A stretch of 64,000 bases of DNA from Calcarisporiella thermophila CBS 279.70 (lineage: Eukaryota > Fungi > Calcarisporiellomycota). Where the stretch lies: positions 85,271 to 149,270 of the forward strand of contig NW_027192221.1 of NCBI RefSeq assembly GCF_041956535.1. Direction: 5' to 3'. Numbering within the stretch: position 1 is the first letter of the stretch; every line of letters begins with the position of its first letter. Both the position numbers and the translations under genes were made by a program. Below, piece by piece: positions 60,892-64,000 of the stretch. The notes under the pieces were generated by a model. The model did not search any database. It saw nothing but the letters and a program-made list of their open reading frames with translations, and was not told the origin of the DNA.

Positions 60892-62457
60892 ATGGGACTT
60901 TTCTCCAAACCTCCTCCCCGCACATCCATATCCGAAAACATCGAGTGGGTCACGAATCCCGAGCATTCCGAGGAGGACTGGACCATTATCTTCCAGATTG
61001 TCGAGGTGGTCAAGTCCTCCGCCGAGGGACCACGTGAGGCCGCCAAGGCAATCAGGAGGCGGCTCAACACAGGGAATGGAAAGGCGACGGGATTCACCAT
61101 CACCGTGTGGCAGGCGCTAGTCGAGAACTGCGGAAACAATTTTCTAAGTATGCCGGCTTGTCCATGACAAAGCGTGCGAGACATGAGAGGGCGGCCAGTG
61201 AAGCTAAATGAAGACATTTATTTTGACATAGTCCAAATGACGCGGCCCCATTTTATCGAGGACATAACCCGATGCTATTCTGAATCGGTGGGATTTCGAA
61301 ATTGAAGGAGAGAGGCAAATTAGGGTTTTTAATACTCATGGCCCCTCTTTTAATCCATTAGAGCGATGAGAATCGGGACCGCATCCTGAAGCTCCTCTAT
61401 GAATGCAAGGCCCTGTGCAAAGACGATGCTGAATTCCACCCCATTTTGCAGTTGTATTCCCAGCTGAGCCATTCGCGTGGGGTAAGCACACCGTCCCATG
61501 TGATTGCTTCTACTGCATGGCACTAAACAACATGTTATTCCATCGGACCATGAAGCCTTATGCCCGTCATCACACAGGCACCATTAATCCCGAGGTAGTC
61601 GAAGATACCGCACGCGTGATGAGCGCGGAGGCGATGAGAAATGATATCCAATCCACGCGTGCTAACGTGCAAGTCTTGTCCGAAAGTCTCGGCTTTGTGG
61701 CTCCCGGAGAAGACATCACGAAGAATGAAGTGATACAGGTATGTAGGATGGTTTTGTTTTGTTTTCCCCCTCCTCCGCAGGCTTTCCATCCGCGCCTGAC
61801 CGGTTGCAATGTGTAGGAGTTTTACGCAAAGTGCAAGGACAACCACGGGCAGATCATGCAATATATACAGGAGTGCAGCGATGAGAAAGATATGCGTGCG
61901 TTGCTTTTGTTTGAATATTTCTGGATGCTGCAGAGAGCCATCGTTGCTAACTAACGGCTATTGCTCTATTTCCTGTGAGCAGAGGAGCTACTCGAACTCA
62001 ACCAGGACCTGCTGAACGTCTTCCGGATGTACGATGAGATCATTGAGAACGGATTTGTAGATGCGGCTTTGGCCCTTTCGAGGACCAGAGCGCCCACCGA
62101 CTCAGCGGCCCCCACAACAACCACTACCACCAGCGCCAACCCCGGCTCGGCCCCTGCGGGCGCAGGAAAGCAAGGGTTGAGCGACGTCAGTCTGATCTAC
62201 TTCGGGGGCTCGGAGTGGACGACACCAAGCAACAGGTAAATGTCATCCTAATGATGTCCATTTTCCCTAGAGTGGAAGAGGACACTGAACCCTACTTGAC
62301 TTGAAGTAGTGACGCGGCTCGTGGTGCCCCATCCGCCACTGCCTCATCGATGTCCACAAACCCGTTTGCTAACCCTGCGGCACGGCCGGCACCAGATCCA
62401 TTCAGCGATGACAATGCCATCCTAGATGAATTTGATCCGCTGCGCACGCGGAAATGA
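60892..62457 (+). CDS. VHS-GAT endocytic adaptor (Lsb5/Tom1-like); 7 exons
   Basis: VHS: EDWTIIFQIVE..GPREAAKAIRRRL..ALVENCG. GAT: NEVIQEFYAKC...LLELNQDL. C-terminal NPF and DPF motifs. Confidence 0.85.
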
Positions 62458-63192
62458 GCAAAGATTTAGGGGGCGAAGGTTCATGTATCTTCATGATTGG
62501 CTATACCGGCATATGAGTATGCCAGCAATAATTTCTATGATAATTTTCGTGTTTTTAAATTAATCTTTGATTCCATATTCCTACGGATAACTTAATAAGA
62601 GATGGAGGATGTGTTTGTATCAGCTCAGGATGAAAATGGGAGAGCCCATTTCTCGGCCAAAGATGGGCCAAGAAGATCAGAATAGCCCCAGAGAGGGGAA
62701 TAATGGGCCGATGAAGACAGCGGCCAATGCAAGACGCGATGAAATCTCTCCTGCCATTCCTTCCCATTAAATTTCCCAGGAATCCTCTCCGCAGCCGAGG
62801 GGGGGGGGGGAGCTTTTGACAAAGTCTTCGGAAAGCTGCTCCAGGGAGAGGGTTAGGATAGTGGGGATATGGTCCAATTATGGACGCCAAGCACAAGCTG
62901 GGCCGAAGAGGAGAAGGAAAATAAAAAGTCGCGCAGCAGAGCGATGTGAGACGCTGTGGGCCGCCTATACTGCCGAGAGCGCTGTAGGGGGATACCGCGG
63001 CCAAAGAGGAGCTGATCCCCACGAGAGGTTGCATCTGCTTCTGACTCTGAAATGCCGGGTTTGCATTTGAATTAAAGGAGTATAAATCTGCAGGATGCTT
63101 GGAAGCATGCAGCGGCGGAAGCCTCTAATCGATGCGCTGGTGCTCTGGGTTCGCAGGGGCCCAAGCTATGTACGCAGGCGGGCCGTGATTTT

Positions 63193-63615
63193 TCAAGGGG
63201 AGCGAGGACAGGGAAAAATGCAAAAAATGAAAATCCCATAAAACAAGAATCGATAGGATATATATAGTGAAATCCAATTCCCCCCCGCGCCGCGCCTATT
63301 CGTGCTGAGCTGTGCGACGCGGAGCACTCGACTCCTTGTCGATGCCTTTGATGCTCGGGTTGGATTCGAATCCCGATCCCGCTTCCCCATATATGCCCAA
63401 GATTGGCTAAGCGTCCTTGTCTTAGTAGACCCCCCCCAGAGTGACGGGGGGAGGGATCCACGCCTCTGTCGCGCGCAAAGCCGCCCGCCCGCCTTGCGCG
63501 GGGGTCTGGGGGGAGAAACTGGAGAAGGGCAGAGACACAGAATGTTCCCAACGCGACTATCAAACATGAAACCGTCAGCAAGTGTTCTTGATCCGGCTTG
63601 ATCCTGCGGCTCCAT
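63193..63615 (-). CDS. Possible small basic hypothetical protein
   Basis: 140-aa ATG ORF containing RRGSLP. No recognisable domain, and overlapped by similar-length ORFs in other frames. Confidence 0.2.
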   Translation of the reverse strand: MEPQDQAGSRTLADGFMFDSRVGNILCLCPSPVSPPRPPRKAGGRLCARQRRGSLPPSLWGGSTKTRTLSQSWAYMGKRDRDSNPTRASKASTRSRVLRVAQLSTNRRGAGGNWISLYISYRFLFYGIFIFCIFPCPRSP

Positions 63616-64000
63616 TAAGGTATATTGTGTCGCGGATGGTAGTGATATGAGGGAGGGCGCGGGGTGATTGGCCGGAGGAAGGGGTATTATCGATCTAGAC
63701 TAAACTCCGATTGAAATCACTGCGAATGAATCGACCGATTTGGGGTGCGCGTTTTTGCTGAGCTTTATTGTAACTTAAAATTGCTGGTCAGATACCGGTT
63801 TCGATTGGTCGCAACCACAAGAGGAGGGCCAACCAAAAAATTTTTCACCAGGCTTACGTCACCTTTGAAAATGTAAACAAACAGCTGTAGTAAATAAATG
63901 TAAATCTGCAACCCTCTAGCACCTTTCTCCCTCTTTCACTTCTCGTCTTCAGTCTGAACTCTTACTCCCGTTGAAATGGCTGCCACTAAAGAACATCTTT

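Noticed and set aside
63362-63373. GGATTCGAATCC resembling a tRNA T-loop / B box
   Set aside because: It is a 12-bp palindrome; no cloverleaf can be folded around it on either strand.
1-64000. rRNA, tRNA, snRNA genes, TPP riboswitch, CRISPR arrays, Sec/readthrough signals
   Set aside because: None recognised by eye; a covariance-model search (Infernal, tRNAscan-SE) would be needed to exclude divergent ncRNAs.

Overview
Gene-dense eukaryotic genomic window, almost certainly from a fungus. An early-diverging lineage (Mucoromycota/Zoopagomycota-like) is my inference from short spliceosomal introns, a Ste12-like factor with C2H2 fingers, Csm1, Mso1 and Tul1, plus a minor-spliceosome subunit (SNRNP25) that most Dikarya lack. 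I hand-spliced about 27 protein-coding genes with about 60 introns, two of them GC-AG. Recognisable genes: secreted amidase, P5-type ATPase, Mso1-like, secreted 3D-domain protein, Rim4-like RRM protein, Ste12-like, TAF1, CorA/Alr1-type Mg transporter, YTH m6A reader, Vps68, two paralogous 4-finger C2H2 factors, Csm1/Pcs1, Tul1/Dsc1, Fmc1, DUF2306-like, two tandem SDRs, SNRNP25 and a VHS-GAT adaptor. A TIR element with CACTA-like ends spans the only assembly gap. The most interesting candidates are four. First, a PAM2 + long coiled-coil + C-terminal xWW protein with the architecture of the endosomal mRNA-transport factor Upa2. Second, a P5 ATPase with a signal peptide, a Cys-rich ectodomain and an altered M4 motif. 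Third, a secreted protein with a bacterial-type 3D domain. Fourth, an orphan protein with acidic W-x-x-L (Atg8-interacting-like) motifs. All family calls come from motif recognition; no database search was run.
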